A stretch of DNA of 63,251 nucleotides, the filler included, from Octopus bimaculoides (lineage: Eukaryota), in assembly GCF_001194135.2 (NCBI RefSeq). It is 5 parts of 5 records of this genome, joined end to end, with 100 filler letters (N's around TTAATTAATTAA, not from the genome) between each part and the next. Parts side by side here need not be neighbours in the genome. Positions count along the whole stretch, not along the records: positions 11,999 to 24,909 come from NC_069009.1; positions 25,010 to 43,735 come from NC_068998.1; 3 more parts are not named here. The stretch is one strand, 5' to 3'. This document shows positions 14,007 to 25,520 of the stretch, in pieces. Both the position numbers and the translations under genes were made by a program. The notes beneath the pieces were generated by a model. The model made no database searches, was not told where the DNA came from, and saw only the letters and a list, made by a program, of their open reading frames with translations. Every line of letters starts with the position of its first letter. Within the stretch, counting starts at the first letter, position 1.

Positions 14007-14620
14007 ATTGTCGTTTAACGTCCGCTTTCCATGCCAGCATGGGTTGGACAGTTTGACTGAGGACTGGTGGACCAGGAGGTGACACCAGGCTTCAATCTGA
14101 TCGGGCAGAGTTTCTACAGCTGGATGCCCTTCCTAACGCCAACCACTCCTAGAGTGTAGCGGGTGCTTTTACGTGCCACCGGCACGAGGGGCAGTCAGGC
14201 GGTACTGGCGATGGCCATGCTCGAAATGGTGGATTTTACGTGCCACCTGCACAGGAGCCAGTCCATTAGCACTGGCAATGATCTCGCTCGAATGTCTTAC
14301 TGGCAACGGCTACGCTCAAAATGGTATATTTTACATGCCACCTGCACAGGAGCCAGTCCATCGGCACTTGCAATGATCTTGCTCGAATGTCTTTTCACGT
14401 GCCACTGGCACAAGTGCCAGGAAGGCGACATTGGTAATGATCATGCTGGTGCTATTAATTTGCCACCAGCACGGAAGCCAGACAGCTGCTCTGGCAACGA
14501 TCGCGCTAGGACGGTGCTCTTAGTGCTCCACTGGTACAGGTGCCATCACGATTTCGCATTCGGTTGCCTCAACAGGTCTTCGCAAGCTGAGTTTAGTGTT
14601 CCTACAAATTTAGTTCGATT
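14005..14620 (-). mobile_element. Non-autonomous element with RTE-type 3' tail and internal tandem subrepeats
   Basis: CGTTTAACGTCCGCTTTCCATGC..CTGGATGCCCTTCCTAACGCCAACC is the reverse of an RTE-like tail; TTTTACGTGCCACC..GGCAATGATC units recur about 5 times. Confidence 0.7.
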
Positions 14621-14644
14621 TCACTTGCCTCAAATAATAATAAT

Positions 14645-14858
14645 CATCTCTACTGTAGGCACAAGGCCTGAAATTTTGAGGGAGGAGGCTAACCAATCAC
14701 ACCAACCCCAATATACAACTGGTACGTAATTTATTAATCCTGAAAAGATGAAAGGCAAAGTGGACTTCGGTGGAATTTAAACTTAGAACGTAACAGCAGA
14801 TGAAATAGTGTTAAGCGTTTCGCATGGCGCGCTAATGATTCGGCCAGCTCACTGCCTT
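14645..14858 (-). mobile_element. SINE family B (MetaSINE-like)
   Basis: Reverse complement gives AAGGCAGTGAGCTGGCC..CTTTGCCTTTCATCTTTTCAGG..AAATTACGTACCAG. Confidence 0.8.
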
Positions 14859-14899
14859 AATAATAATAATAATAATAATAATGATAATAATATTAATAA

Positions 14900-15262
14900 T
14901 AATAATAAATGACAACGTTTCCCTAAAAGAAATAGAGAAACTTTCAAAATACAAAGACCTGGAAATAGAGGTAACTCGAATGTGGAATCTAAAAACAGAA
15001 ACAATTCCTATCATAGTAGGTGCCTTAGGTATGATTAAAAAAATATTCAGACAAATACATAACAAAAACACCAGGACTTACAAATATATACAACATACAG
15101 AAAATTGCACTACTGGGCACAGCACACATCCTACGCAAAACACTTTCAATACAGTAAAAATAAGAGCATCACAGCAAACCACAGCACATACCCAAGGCAC
15201 ACAGAGCTGCGCTCGGTAGTGAAGTGAAAGCACGTTATAAAAATAAAACTACTGAACAATAA
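14900..15262 (+). mobile_element. R4/Dong-like non-LTR 3' end (RLE C-terminus and 3' UTR)
   Basis: DNVSLKEIEKLSKYKDLEIEVTRMWNLKTETIPIIVGALGMIKK is the R4-clade restriction-like endonuclease tail; sits in (AAT)n. Confidence 0.85.
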
Positions 15263-15469
15263 TGAGAATAATAATGATTACAATAAGCAGGAGACAATGA
15301 TGAAGAAATGGAAGAAGGAAAGAAAGACAAATTTTGCCAACAATAGCAACAACAACAGCTANNNNNNNNNNNNNNNNNNNNNNNNNNNNNNNNNNNNNNN
15401 NNNNNNNNNNNNNNNNNNNNNNNNNNNNNNNNNNNNNNNNNATAATGATAATAATATTAATAATAATAA

Positions 15470-15825
15470 TAAATGACAACGTTTCCCTAAAAGAAATAGA
15501 GAAACTTTCAAAATACAAAGACCTGGAAATAGAGGTAACTCGAATGTGGAATCTAAAAACAGAAACAATTCCTATCATAGTAGGTGCCTTAGGCATGATT
15601 AAAAAAATATTCAGACAAATACATAACAAAAACACCAGGACTTACAAATATATACAACATACAGAAAATTGCACTACTGGGCACAGCACACATCCTACGC
15701 AAAACACTTTCAATACAGTAAAAATAAGAGCATCACAGCAAACCACAGCACATACCCAAGGCACACAGAGCTGCGCTCGGTAGTGAAGTGAAAGCACGTT
15801 ATAAAAATAAAACTACTGAACAATA
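15470..15825 (+). mobile_element. Second copy of the R4/Dong 3' end (probably an assembly duplicate)
   Basis: Near-identical to 14900-15262 including flanks, across an 80-N gap. Confidence 0.75.
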
Positions 15826-16104
15826 ATGAGAATAATAATGATTACAATAAGCAGGAGACAATGATGAAGAAATGGAAGAAGGAAAGAAAGACAAATTTTG
15901 CCAACAATAGCAACAACAACAGCTAAACAAATGACCAAAGACGAAACACAAATAGACGGCAAACAACGTCTGAGCAAATAAAAAAAATTTATAAAGAAAT
16001 AAACCGTCAAAATTACCGACTTTTAATGATGTTTGAATGATTAACTAACTAATCTGGTAACTGACATCAACAAAGGATGGGGGTGGGAGTGGGGGGAAAG
16101 AGAG

Positions 16105-16285
16105 GACAAACCAATCACTTTGGAATCATCAAAGGGAGAGAAAAGATCCCTTGAGAAGGACGTTAATTTACGGTTTAGCCAAAAATATTCCTAGTTCAAC
16201 GGCACCGTTGAGGCGCCGTTTCTGTTATTTGTATTGATTAACCCGTTCACCAATGCATGGTTATTATTGATCAGCGATTGGCTCC
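16105..16285. promoter_or_regulatory. Cluster of three CCAAT boxes, possible NF-Y-type promoter or enhancer
   Basis: CCAAT at 16111 and 16250, ATTGG at 16277, in unique CpG-containing DNA. Confidence 0.2.
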
Positions 16286-16389
16286 TTGTAACAGTTTTAG
16301 CTGGATCAGGGGGAAAAAAAAGAAAAAAATGCTGTGCGATATATCAAAAGGGAGATTTTTAACGCAAATACAAGTGCTGTTTGCGTTTG

Positions 16390-16533
16390 TTCGTTTGAAA
16401 CAAAGGAGGAACAATAATAATAACAACAACAATGATATTGATGACAACAACAAGAATAATAGCAGCACTAATAATGATAATAATAATGATAATAATAATA
16501 ATGATAATAATGATAATAATAATAATAATAATG

Positions 16534-16567
<34 letters not shown>

Positions 16568-16792
16568 TGATGATGATTATAATAATAATAATAATGATGA
16601 TGATGATGATGATGATTATAGTAATAATAATAAGTAGCAGGAGAAGAAGAAGAAGAAGAAGAAGAAGAAGAAAAAGAAGAAGAAGAATTGGAAGAAGAAG
16701 AAGAAGAAGAAGAATTGGAAGGAGAAGAAGAAGAAGAAGAAGAAGAAGACGATGAAGAAGAAAAATTGGAAGAAGAAGAAGAATTGGAAGGA

Positions 16793-16824
<32 letters not shown>

Positions 16825-16960
16825 AGAGGAAGAAGAAGAATTGGAAGAAGAAGAAGAAGAAGAAGAAGAATTGGAAGAAGAAGAAGAATTGGAAGAAGAA
16901 GAAGAAGAATTGGAAGGAGAAGAAGAAGAAGAAGAAGAAGAAGAAGAAGAAGAAAGATAT
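16390..16960 (+). repeat. Compound (AAT/GAT)n then (GAA)n with periodic TTG interruptions
   Basis: Direct inspection; source of the poly-N, poly-E and poly-K ORFs. Confidence 0.95.
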
Positions 16961-16989
16961 TGATAAAGTCAACAATAGTAATAATTCTT

Positions 16990-17190
16990 TCTACTAAAGG
17001 AACAAAGCCTGAAATTTGTGGGGAGGGGCTGCTCAATCATATCGACCCCAGTGTGAAACTGGTATTTATTTCATCGACCCCCCCAAAAGTTGACCTCGGT
17101 GGAATTTGAACTCAGATCGTAAAGACAGATCAGATACTGCTAAGCATTTTCGCCTGGCGTGCTAACAATTCTGCTCGCTTTCCCCCTTAA
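16990..17190 (-). mobile_element. SINE family B
   Basis: Family B head and core in reverse. Confidence 0.8.
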
Positions 17191-17234
17191 ATAATAATAA
17201 TAATAATAATAACAATAATAATAATAATAATAAT

Positions 17235-17580
17235 ATATGATTCAGTGCGACCATGAGATAGAGAATAGGAAGCCAGACATAGTCTTAATTGGGAAAGAAA
17301 CCAAACTATTCCACCAAGGTCGACTTTGCCTTTCATCCTTTTGGGGGTCGATAAATTAAGTACCAGTTAAACACTGGGGTCAAGGTAATCGAATTAATAC
17401 CTTTGTCTGTCCCCTCTATGTTTAGCCCCTTGTGGGCAATAAAGAAATAAGATATAGCATGACAATCTGAGAACAAGGTATGCAATAAGGAAGAAAGAAA
17501 AGTCGTGAGATATGACAGGTTAGCTTGGGAAGTTAAGCAGTTGTGGTCGATGAAAAAGGTAGCAGTAGTAGCTCCAATCT
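17235..17580 (+). mobile_element. R4/NeSL-type RLE fragment interrupted by a family B SINE (about 17308-17450)
   Basis: QCDHEIENRKPDIVLIGKETK..[insert]..YDRLAWEVKQLWSMKKVAVV, the PD..D endonuclease region. Confidence 0.7.
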
Positions 17581-18390
17581 GATCTGGCTATGTTTCTACA
17601 GCTGGATGCCCTTCCAAATGCCAACCACTCTGTGAGTGTAGTGGGTGCTTTTTACATGCCACAGGCACAAGAGCCAGTCAGGGGGTACTGGCATTAACCA
17701 CGTTTGGATGGTGCTTTTTATGTGCCATTGGAACGGGAGCCAGTCAGGGGGCACTGGCCACAGCTACGGTATTGGTTTTACCTGACTCAACAGGTTCTCT
17801 TAAACATATCATATCATATGGCAAATCAGGGGTTCTCTTAACTGGTTCAGACAGGCATGTCTGTGATCTCACTTTAGTTTCCAGGTCTTCTCAATCACAA
17901 CATATCTCCAAAGGTCTTGGTCTCCTGTCATTGCCTCTGTGAGGCCCAATATTCGAAGGTCTTGCTTCACCACCTCATCGCATGTCTTCCTGGGTTTACC
18001 TCTTCCACAGTTTCCTTCCACAGTTAGGGAGTGGCACTTCCACACGCAGCTGTCCTCATCCATACAAAACACATGACTATATCAGCACAGTAATCTCTCT
18101 TGCACTCCACATTTGATGCTTCTTATGCCCAACTTTTCTCTCAGGGCACTTACACTCTGTCATGTATGCACACTGACATTACACATCCAGCAGACCATAT
18201 TAGTTTCATTTCTTTCAAGCCTACGCATGTCCTCAACAGTCATGGCCAATGTTTCACTGCCGTATAGCATGGCAGTTCACACACATGCATCATACAGTCT
18301 ACCTTTCATCCTGAGCGAGAGGCCCTTAGTTGCCAGCAGAGGTAAGGAGCTCCCTGAACTTTACCCAGGCTATTTTTATTCTAGCTGTGT
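17575..18390 (-). mobile_element. RTE-clade LINE 3' fragment with tail
   Basis: MDEDSCVWKCHSLTVEGNCGRGKPRKTCDEVVKQDLRILGL is the RTE RT C-terminal RGRP..W motif region. Confidence 0.75.
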
Positions 18391-18404
18391 CTGTGTTAGT
18401 TCAC

Positions 18405-18590
18405 CCACCATCACTTGACAACCAATGCTGGTGTGCTTATGTCCCTGTGACTTAGTGGTTCAGTAAAAGAGACCAATAAAATGAGTACTAGGTTTACAAA
18501 CAGTAAGTCCCAGGGAGTGATTTCTTCAACTAAAACCCTTGAGGTGGTGCTCCAGTATGGCCACAGTCAAATGACTGACACAAGTACAAA
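18405..18590 (+). mobile_element. SINE family A, 3' tail
   Basis: CTTGACAACCAATGCTGGTGTG..GGTGCTCCAGTATGGCCACAGTC. Confidence 0.8.
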
Positions 18591-18615
18591 AAAAAAGAGT
18601 ATATATATGTGTGTG

Positions 18616-18665
<50 letters not shown>

Positions 18666-19014
18666 ATTATATGTATTTATTTTCTCCTAATTCAGAATAA
18701 TTCGGATAAAATAAATGGGTTAATAGAAACCAGGGTAGCAAAGATCACAAAATAACTGTAGTGTAACTCCTGTTTGTGAGGCAGAAACTCCTTGATATTT
18801 TGAGAGAAAGTGAATGAGAAGAAAAATGTATATGCATGTATGTATATACATACNNNNNNNNNNNNNNNNNNNNNNNNNNNNNNNNNNNNNNNNNNNNNNN
18901 NNNNNNNNNNNNNNNNNNNNNNNNNNNNNNNNNNNNNNNNNNNNNNNNNNNNNNNNNNNNNNNNNNNNNNNNNNNNNNNNNNNNNNNNNNNNNNNNNNNN
19001 NNNNATATATATAC

Positions 19015-19049
<35 letters not shown>

Positions 19050-19407
19050 CATATATAGGGAGAGGGGGGGGACAGTGAGTGAGTGAGAGGAGGAAGGAGG
19101 GGAATAGACAGAGTGGGAGAGGAAAAAGAATTAAAACAGAGATAGCGAGATTGATAAATAGATAGACAGGCATAGATAGGTACATAGATAGACAGACATA
19201 TAGATAGATAGACATATATATCTACACAGAGAACTAGAATAAGGTAGGGACACACACATGCACACACATGTGCACTCACGCATGCACACACAAAGAGAAA
19301 CATGGCTCGAAAAAGGCAAGTGGGATTTAATCAACAAACAGCCATGTGATTAATGTAAATCTGGATAGCTTTTAATTGGATTTGAGCTTAAATTCTTGAT
19401 TATTGAC

Positions 19408-19528
19408 CTGGAATCGTCCAGAGGAATTGGAAAGGGAGCATTAGTCTTCGTAATTTTGGTGGGGTTTAATTGTTCCATAAACCATTGTTGAGATGAAAAC
19501 CATTCCAATGCATTAAAATTACTCTCCA
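19408..19528 (-). CDS. Candidate exon (121 nt): ESNFNALEWFSSQQWFMEQLNPTKITKTNAPFPIPLDDS
   Basis: Pyrimidine-rich acceptor ccctttcaaacAG and one open frame; donor AG|GTCAAT is weak; no homology recognised. Confidence 0.3.
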
Positions 19529-19604
19529 CTGTTTGAAAGGGCCACCAAGGAAAAGGAAATGTTCGAAAGGAATGGGAGGAAAATAAATAACCATGTTGGC
19601 ATTG

Positions 19605-20045
19605 GTGTGGCTGTGTGGTTAGAAGTTTGAATCCCAACCACATGTTTCTAGGTTCAGTCCCATTGCATGGCATCTTGGCCAAATGTCTTCTACTATAGCC
19701 ACAGGCTGACCAAAGCCTTGTGAGTGGATTTGATAGATAGAAAGGCGGCGAGCTGGCTGAAATGTTAGCATGCTGGGCGAAATGCTTAGCGGTATTTTGT
19801 CTGTCCTTAATGTTCTGAGTTCAAATTCTGCCAAGGTCGACTTTGTGTTTCATCCTTTCGGGATTGATCAAATAAGTACCAGCTACGCACTGGAGTCGAT
19901 GTAATTGACTTAGTCCCTTTGTCTGTCCTTGTTTGTCCCTTCTATGTTTAGCCCCTTGTGGGCAATAAAGAAATAAGAAACTGTGTATTTGTTCCCCACC
20001 ACTGCTTGACAACCAGTGTTGGTTTGTTGACATCCCTGTAATTAA
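19605..20045 (+). mobile_element. SINE family A with a nested family B copy (19743-19977)
   Basis: A head ends ..GATAGAAA, a complete B follows, A resumes AAACTG..CTTGACAACC. Confidence 0.85.
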
Positions 20046-21437
20046 ACACTTAAAGCCAGTGCTCCCGCCTGGTAGCAATCCAATGGCAAGAAACTAATGA
20101 AAGACAAGAGGAAAAATAAAAGACACAAGATAAAAAAAATCCAAAGCAAAGACAAACAAAACTGAAAACCAATATTTTAGCTGACAATGATAACAGTGTG
20201 GTTCCTCACAAAGTCATAGCCTCTGAATGACGGATCCCACTTGCGAGATAGCGGGGGCAGTCAGTATTCCACTTGAATACAGACACAAATCCATCACAGT
20301 GTTACCCATTAACAGCCGACCAGGCTGGAGCAATATGAAACCAACCACTTTGCTCCAAAACATATCAAATCCCCAATCCAGGAATTGAAACCATGATCTC
20401 ACAACTGTGAGTGCAACGCCCTAACCACCGACCCACATGCCTTTACACACACACACATCTATGTATTTTTCCATCCGTCCAACCATCAAACCACTCGCCC
20501 CCTCCCCCACCATTTCTAGCTCCACGATGTCTTGTTCCATCGTTTGCTAATTATAAATTGTATCAATTTAAGTCACTTGTTGTTATTCAGCTCGTTTAGC
20601 AACAATGTCCTCTCTACAAAGTCTACCGAAAAATTTCCAACCAATTCTGTCACAGACAATGGAATCATTTAATGACCCACAAATTCTAACAAATCACACA
20701 CACCCACATTTACAAATACATACATATATACATACATACACCCACAAATGCACAGATACATATACACACAAACACACACACACATATATACACATATATA
20801 CACATACACACACATATATATATATGTATATAGACATGCATATATATAAACAGATACACATACATATATATATACAAATACATACAAACACACACACACA
20901 TATATATGTATATATATACACAAACATCCATATATATATGTAGATACATATACATGGGTATTCACATGTATAGGTATATATATATGTATGTATTATGCAA
21001 ACATACTCATTCATGATACACACACACATATATATANNNNNNNNNNTACATACATACACCCACAAATGCACAGATACATATACACACAAACACACACACA
21101 CATATATACACATATATACACATACACACACATATATATATATGTATATAGACATGCATATATATAAACAGATACACATACATATATATATACAAATACA
21201 TACAAACACACACACACATATATACACATATATACACATACACACACATATATATATATGTATATAGACATGCATATATATANNNNNNNNNNNNNNNNNN
21301 NNNNNNNNNNNNNNNNNNNNNNNNNNNNNNNNNNNNNNNNNNNNNNNNNNNNNNNNNNNNNNNNNNNNNNNNNNNNNNNNNNNNNNNNNNNNNNNNNNNN
21401 NNNNNNNNNNNNNNNNNNNNNNNNNNNNNNNNNNNNN

Positions 21438-21483
<46 letters not shown>

Positions 21484-21659
21484 CACACACACCCATATGC
21501 AGACATATATACACAGATGTACATGCATATCGACATACGCATATACATATATGAATGTTTCATACAAAAATCCTCATTCAAATAAATATATATACACACA
21601 CGCTCACACATACATACATGCAAGCATGCATGAAGGCATTTATATATGTATACATGTAT

Positions 21660-21935
21660 GTATGCATGGCTGTATGGTTAAGAAACTTGCTTTGGAACAA
21701 CTTAGCTTTGGTTTCAATCCCATGGCATGGCATCTTGGATGTGTATCTTCTACTTATGAGTGGATTTGATAGATGGAAACTGAAAGAAGCCCATCACGTG
21801 TATGCATATGTGTGTGTGCATGCGTGTGTATATCTGTGTATGTATCTGTGTTTATGACCCCTGCTCACAGCCTGACAACCAGCTCTGATTTGTCCTTTGA
21901 CTTGACAGTTCAGCAAAGAAGAACGACAGAATAAG
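21660..21935 (+). mobile_element. SINE family A, diverged
   Basis: TGGCTGTATGGTTAAG..GATGGAAACTGAAAGAAGCCCATC..TGACAACC. Confidence 0.75.
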
Positions 21936-21954
21936 AACGGCATTATTATGATTG

Positions 21955-22142
21955 ACCGTTGACTGAACACTATTCAATTTTTTTTCTCCGTGTTTTTCTC
22001 CTTGTCTCCGTATTCTTTCTGTTGAAGAGCGTAGCTGGAAACGTCAAAGACTTTCCGTATTCCTGAGCGTTAAACTAATACATCCTTTTGTTATTTACAC
22101 CACCTGTCCTCGTCTGTTGTTGTTTTTTCGTATATTCTCCCA
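21955..22142 (+). mobile_element. Short Penelope-type non-autonomous repeat with a hammerhead-like fold at 22014-22050
   Basis: TCTTT-CTGTTGA-A-GAGC GTA GCT-G-GAAAC-GTC-AAAGA; related copies at about 22612-22740 and 40370-40436. Confidence 0.65.
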
Positions 22143-22502
22143 TATATATATATATATANNNNNNNNNNNNNNNNNNNNNNNNNNNNNNNNNNNNNNNNNN
22201 NNNNNNNNNNNNNNNNNNNNNNNNNNNNNNNNNNNNNNNNNNNNNNNNNNNNNNNNNNNNNNNNNNNNNNNNNNNNNNNNNNNNNNNNNNNNNNNNNNNN
22301 NNNNNNNNNNNNNNNNNNNNNNNNNNNNNNNNNNNNNNNNNNNNNNNNNNNNNNNNNNNNNNNNNNNNNNNNNNNNNNNNNNNNNNNNNNNNNNNNNNNN
22401 NNNNNNNNNNNNNNNNNNNNNNNNNNNNNNNNNNNNNNNNNNNNNNNNNNNNNNNNNNNNNNNNNNNNNNNNNNNNNNNNNNNNNNNNNNNNNNNNNNNN
22501 NN

Positions 22503-22556
<54 letters not shown>

Positions 22557-22611
22557 TATGTATATGTATATAGATAGACTATAGCGAATGTGTTTTTATA
22601 TATATACATAC

Positions 22612-22740
22612 TACGCTCTGTTGAAGAGCATAGGCTCTAAACATAAAAGACTTTCTCACCTTCCCGGGCATTAAATTAATACACCTCTTTGTTGTTTATA
22701 CAGCTATCTTTGTCTTTTGTATTTCTGTAAATTCCAAATA
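22612..22740 (+). mobile_element. Second, more decayed copy of the CTGTTGA hammerhead repeat
   Basis: CTGTTGAAGAGCATAGGCTCTAAACATAAAAGACTTT, same downstream body as 21955-22142. Confidence 0.6.
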
Positions 22741-22797
22741 TATATATGTATAAATAAATAGATAATGTGTATATATTTATTAGACACATACACACAC

Positions 22798-22863
<66 letters not shown>

Positions 22864-23060
22864 NNNNNNNNNNNNNNNNNNNNNNNNNNNNNNNNNNNNN
22901 NNNNNNNNNNNNNNNNNNNNNNNNNNNNNNNNNNNNNNNNNNNNNNNNNNNNNNNNNNNNNNNNNNNNNNNNNNNNNNNNNNNNNNNNNNNNNNNNNNNN
23001 NNNNNNNNNNNNNNNNNNNNNNNNNNNNNNNNNNNNNNNNNNNNNNNNNNNNNNNNNNNN

Positions 23061-23096
<36 letters not shown>

Positions 23097-23104
23097 CATA
23101 TATA

Positions 23105-23450
23105 AAAGGGTAAAGACCCCTTTCAGTCATGAATGACCATAGGATTGCACCTAGAAAGTTCCCCTCCGAGGCAGAAGCCTAGGCAAGGTTGTTTATGGAA
23201 GACCAGCAGTCGCCCATGCATACCAGCCTCCCCTCTTCATGCCCTCCGATGTTATCCAAGGGAAAGGCAAAGGGGCCGATACAGCTTGGCACCAGTGACA
23301 TTGCAGATCATTTCTACAGCTGAGTGAATTGGAGTAACATGAAATAAAATGCCTTACTCAAGGATACAACACACAGCCTAGTCTGAGAATCGAACTCATT
23401 ACCTCATGATTGTGAACCAGATGCTCTAGCCACTGAGCCATGTGCCTTCA
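23105..23450 (-). mobile_element. Further tRNA-headed SINE family (related pieces at about 20270-20430 and 44770-45030)
   Basis: Reverse reads GTGAAGGCACATGGCTCAGTGG (A box)..GAGTTCGATTC (B box)..CCTTGAGTAAGGCA. Confidence 0.7.
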
Positions 23451-23487
23451 CACATAAATACATATATCTATATATAACCATACAGCA

Positions 23488-23521
<34 letters not shown>

Positions 23522-23589
23522 ATCATAAATATATAGGGATTAGCAGTATCCTGCTTCTCCAACATACTGAGAATTCAGAAATAGCAGCC

Positions 23590-23635
23590 AAAGAACTACT
23601 GATTCCAAAACTAGTTTTGGAATCAGTAGTTCTTT
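23590..23635. repeat. Perfect 46-bp palindrome centred on CTAG
   Basis: AAAGAACTACTGATTCCAAAACT-AGTTTTGGAATCAGTAGTTCTTT; part repeated at 23651-23681 next to a gap. Confidence 0.95.
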
Positions 23636-24369
23636 TTATGTGACCTGTGACCAAAACTAGTTTTGGAATCAGTAGTTCTTTNNNNNNNNNNNNNNNNNNN
23701 NNNNNNNNNNNNNNNNNNNNNNNNNNNNNNNNNNNNNNNNNNNNNNNNNNNNNNNNNNNNNNNNNNNNNNNNNNNNNNNNNNNNNNNNNNNNNNNNNNNN
23801 NNNNNNNNNNNNNNNNNNNNNNNNNNNNNNNNNNNNNNNNNNNNNNNNNNNNNNNNNNNNNNNNNNNNNNNNNNNNNNNNNNNNNNNNNNNNNNNNNNNN
23901 NNNNNNNNNNNNNNNNNNNNNNNNNNNNNNNNNNNNNNNTTTAATTTTTCCAGAATTTAATTGTTTTCCATTCTTACAGTTGAAAAAGTCTCAATGACTG
24001 AAACCGGTACTGAAATGCTTTTTATGATAAAATTATTTCATCATTTTCTACCTTAACTTTTTTTCCATATATATATATATATACATTCACACATATATTA
24101 TATATATACTTGCATATGTACACACCTGTATTCACACTACATGATACAAGAATACAACATTTACAACGTATATACAGAATGTAGGCCAGTGCTAACCGTA
24201 ATATTTTGTCCAAGAGAATCTTGTCAAAGAGACTTGTGGAAGGAGAGAAGAGAGAGGGGTAGGGGAGGGCACGTTTTTGTTTTTGTAACACAGAAGTCTC
24301 TTTGAGAAGTTTCTCTGAGACAACTTATGACAGCTAATGCCTTTCTACGTTTGTGTATGAGTATATATT

Positions 24370-24433
<64 letters not shown>

Positions 24434-24837
24434 ATAAATATATATATATACATATGTATATATATATTTTAAATGGATATACACATCACATTTTAATCTC
24501 ATGCGTGTATTCATATCCATTGATATACACAAATATGTACACACATACTCACATAGCTGCATATGTATGTGTGTGTGTATATATATATATATATTTATAT
24601 ACATGCATATAGATGTCTGTGTGCACACACTTATATATGCATGGGTGTGTGTATGTGTGTGCGTGCCTAAATCTGTATGTACATACAGATATATGTGTAT
24701 ACCTATATGTGTATACATATATGTGTTTGTGTGTGTGTGTGCGCGTGAGTGTATATCATTATCATCAACATTTAATGTCCATGTGTGTGTATTTATGTGT
24801 ATATAAATATCCATATATATAATAAAACACACACCAA

Positions 24838-24882
<45 letters not shown>

Positions 24883-25201
24883 TCATTATCATCATCATCA
24901 TCATCTAATNNNNNNNNNNNNNNNNNNNNNNNNNNNNNNNNNNNNNNNNNNNNTTAATTAATTAANNNNNNNNNNNNNNNNNNNNNNNNNNNNNNNNNNN
25001 NNNNNNNNNTCTATCTATCTATCTATCTATCTATCTGTCTGTCTGTCTTTCTGTCCGTCTATCTATCGTCCCTACTGGATTTTCCAATTAAGCAGCGCAC
25101 ATTCTTGGGAGTAAATAAATAAACATAGATAGAAAAAAAAAGGAAGAAAAGAAAATAAGAAATAAAAATAACAACAACAAAAACAAAACAAAAAACGTTA
25201 C

Positions 25202-25520
25202 CTTAATTAAACAGCACGGCACAGCTGGCAATTATATAGTTCAGGGTTCGAATTTCAGTCGCGGACCTAACACCTTCAGTTTCACCTAATAGCTTTCTTT
25301 CTTTTTTTCTTCCTTCCTTCCTTTCTTTCTTTCTTTCTTTCTTTCTTCCTTCCTCTTTTTTTTTTTCTTTTTGTTGGTTTATTTCTGTTTCCAATTTTTA
25401 TCTTTGATTTTTGTTTTTATCAATTTGTAAACGTCAATCAATAGAATCCATTTCCTTAAAACTGGCCAAACCGATCCAAAAGATGGCGAAGCGGAGGGGA
25501 AACTGGGCAACAGGAGACTA
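25202..25520 (-). promoter_or_regulatory. Putative TSS region and non-coding first exon of a minus-strand gene
   Basis: YY1-type motif AAGATGGCG at 25480-25488 in CpG-containing unique DNA; donor AAG|GTAACG at 25202/25201 followed by a U-rich intron start; only ATG gives the uORF MDSID*. Confidence 0.4.

Noticed and set aside
14875-15924. About 480-bp tandem duplication of the R4 end plus flank
   Set aside because: Near-identical copies either side of an 80-N gap; most likely unmerged contig overlap or haplotypes.
20650-21282. Duplicated compound microsatellite block
   Set aside because: Copies straddle a 10-N gap; likely assembly redundancy.
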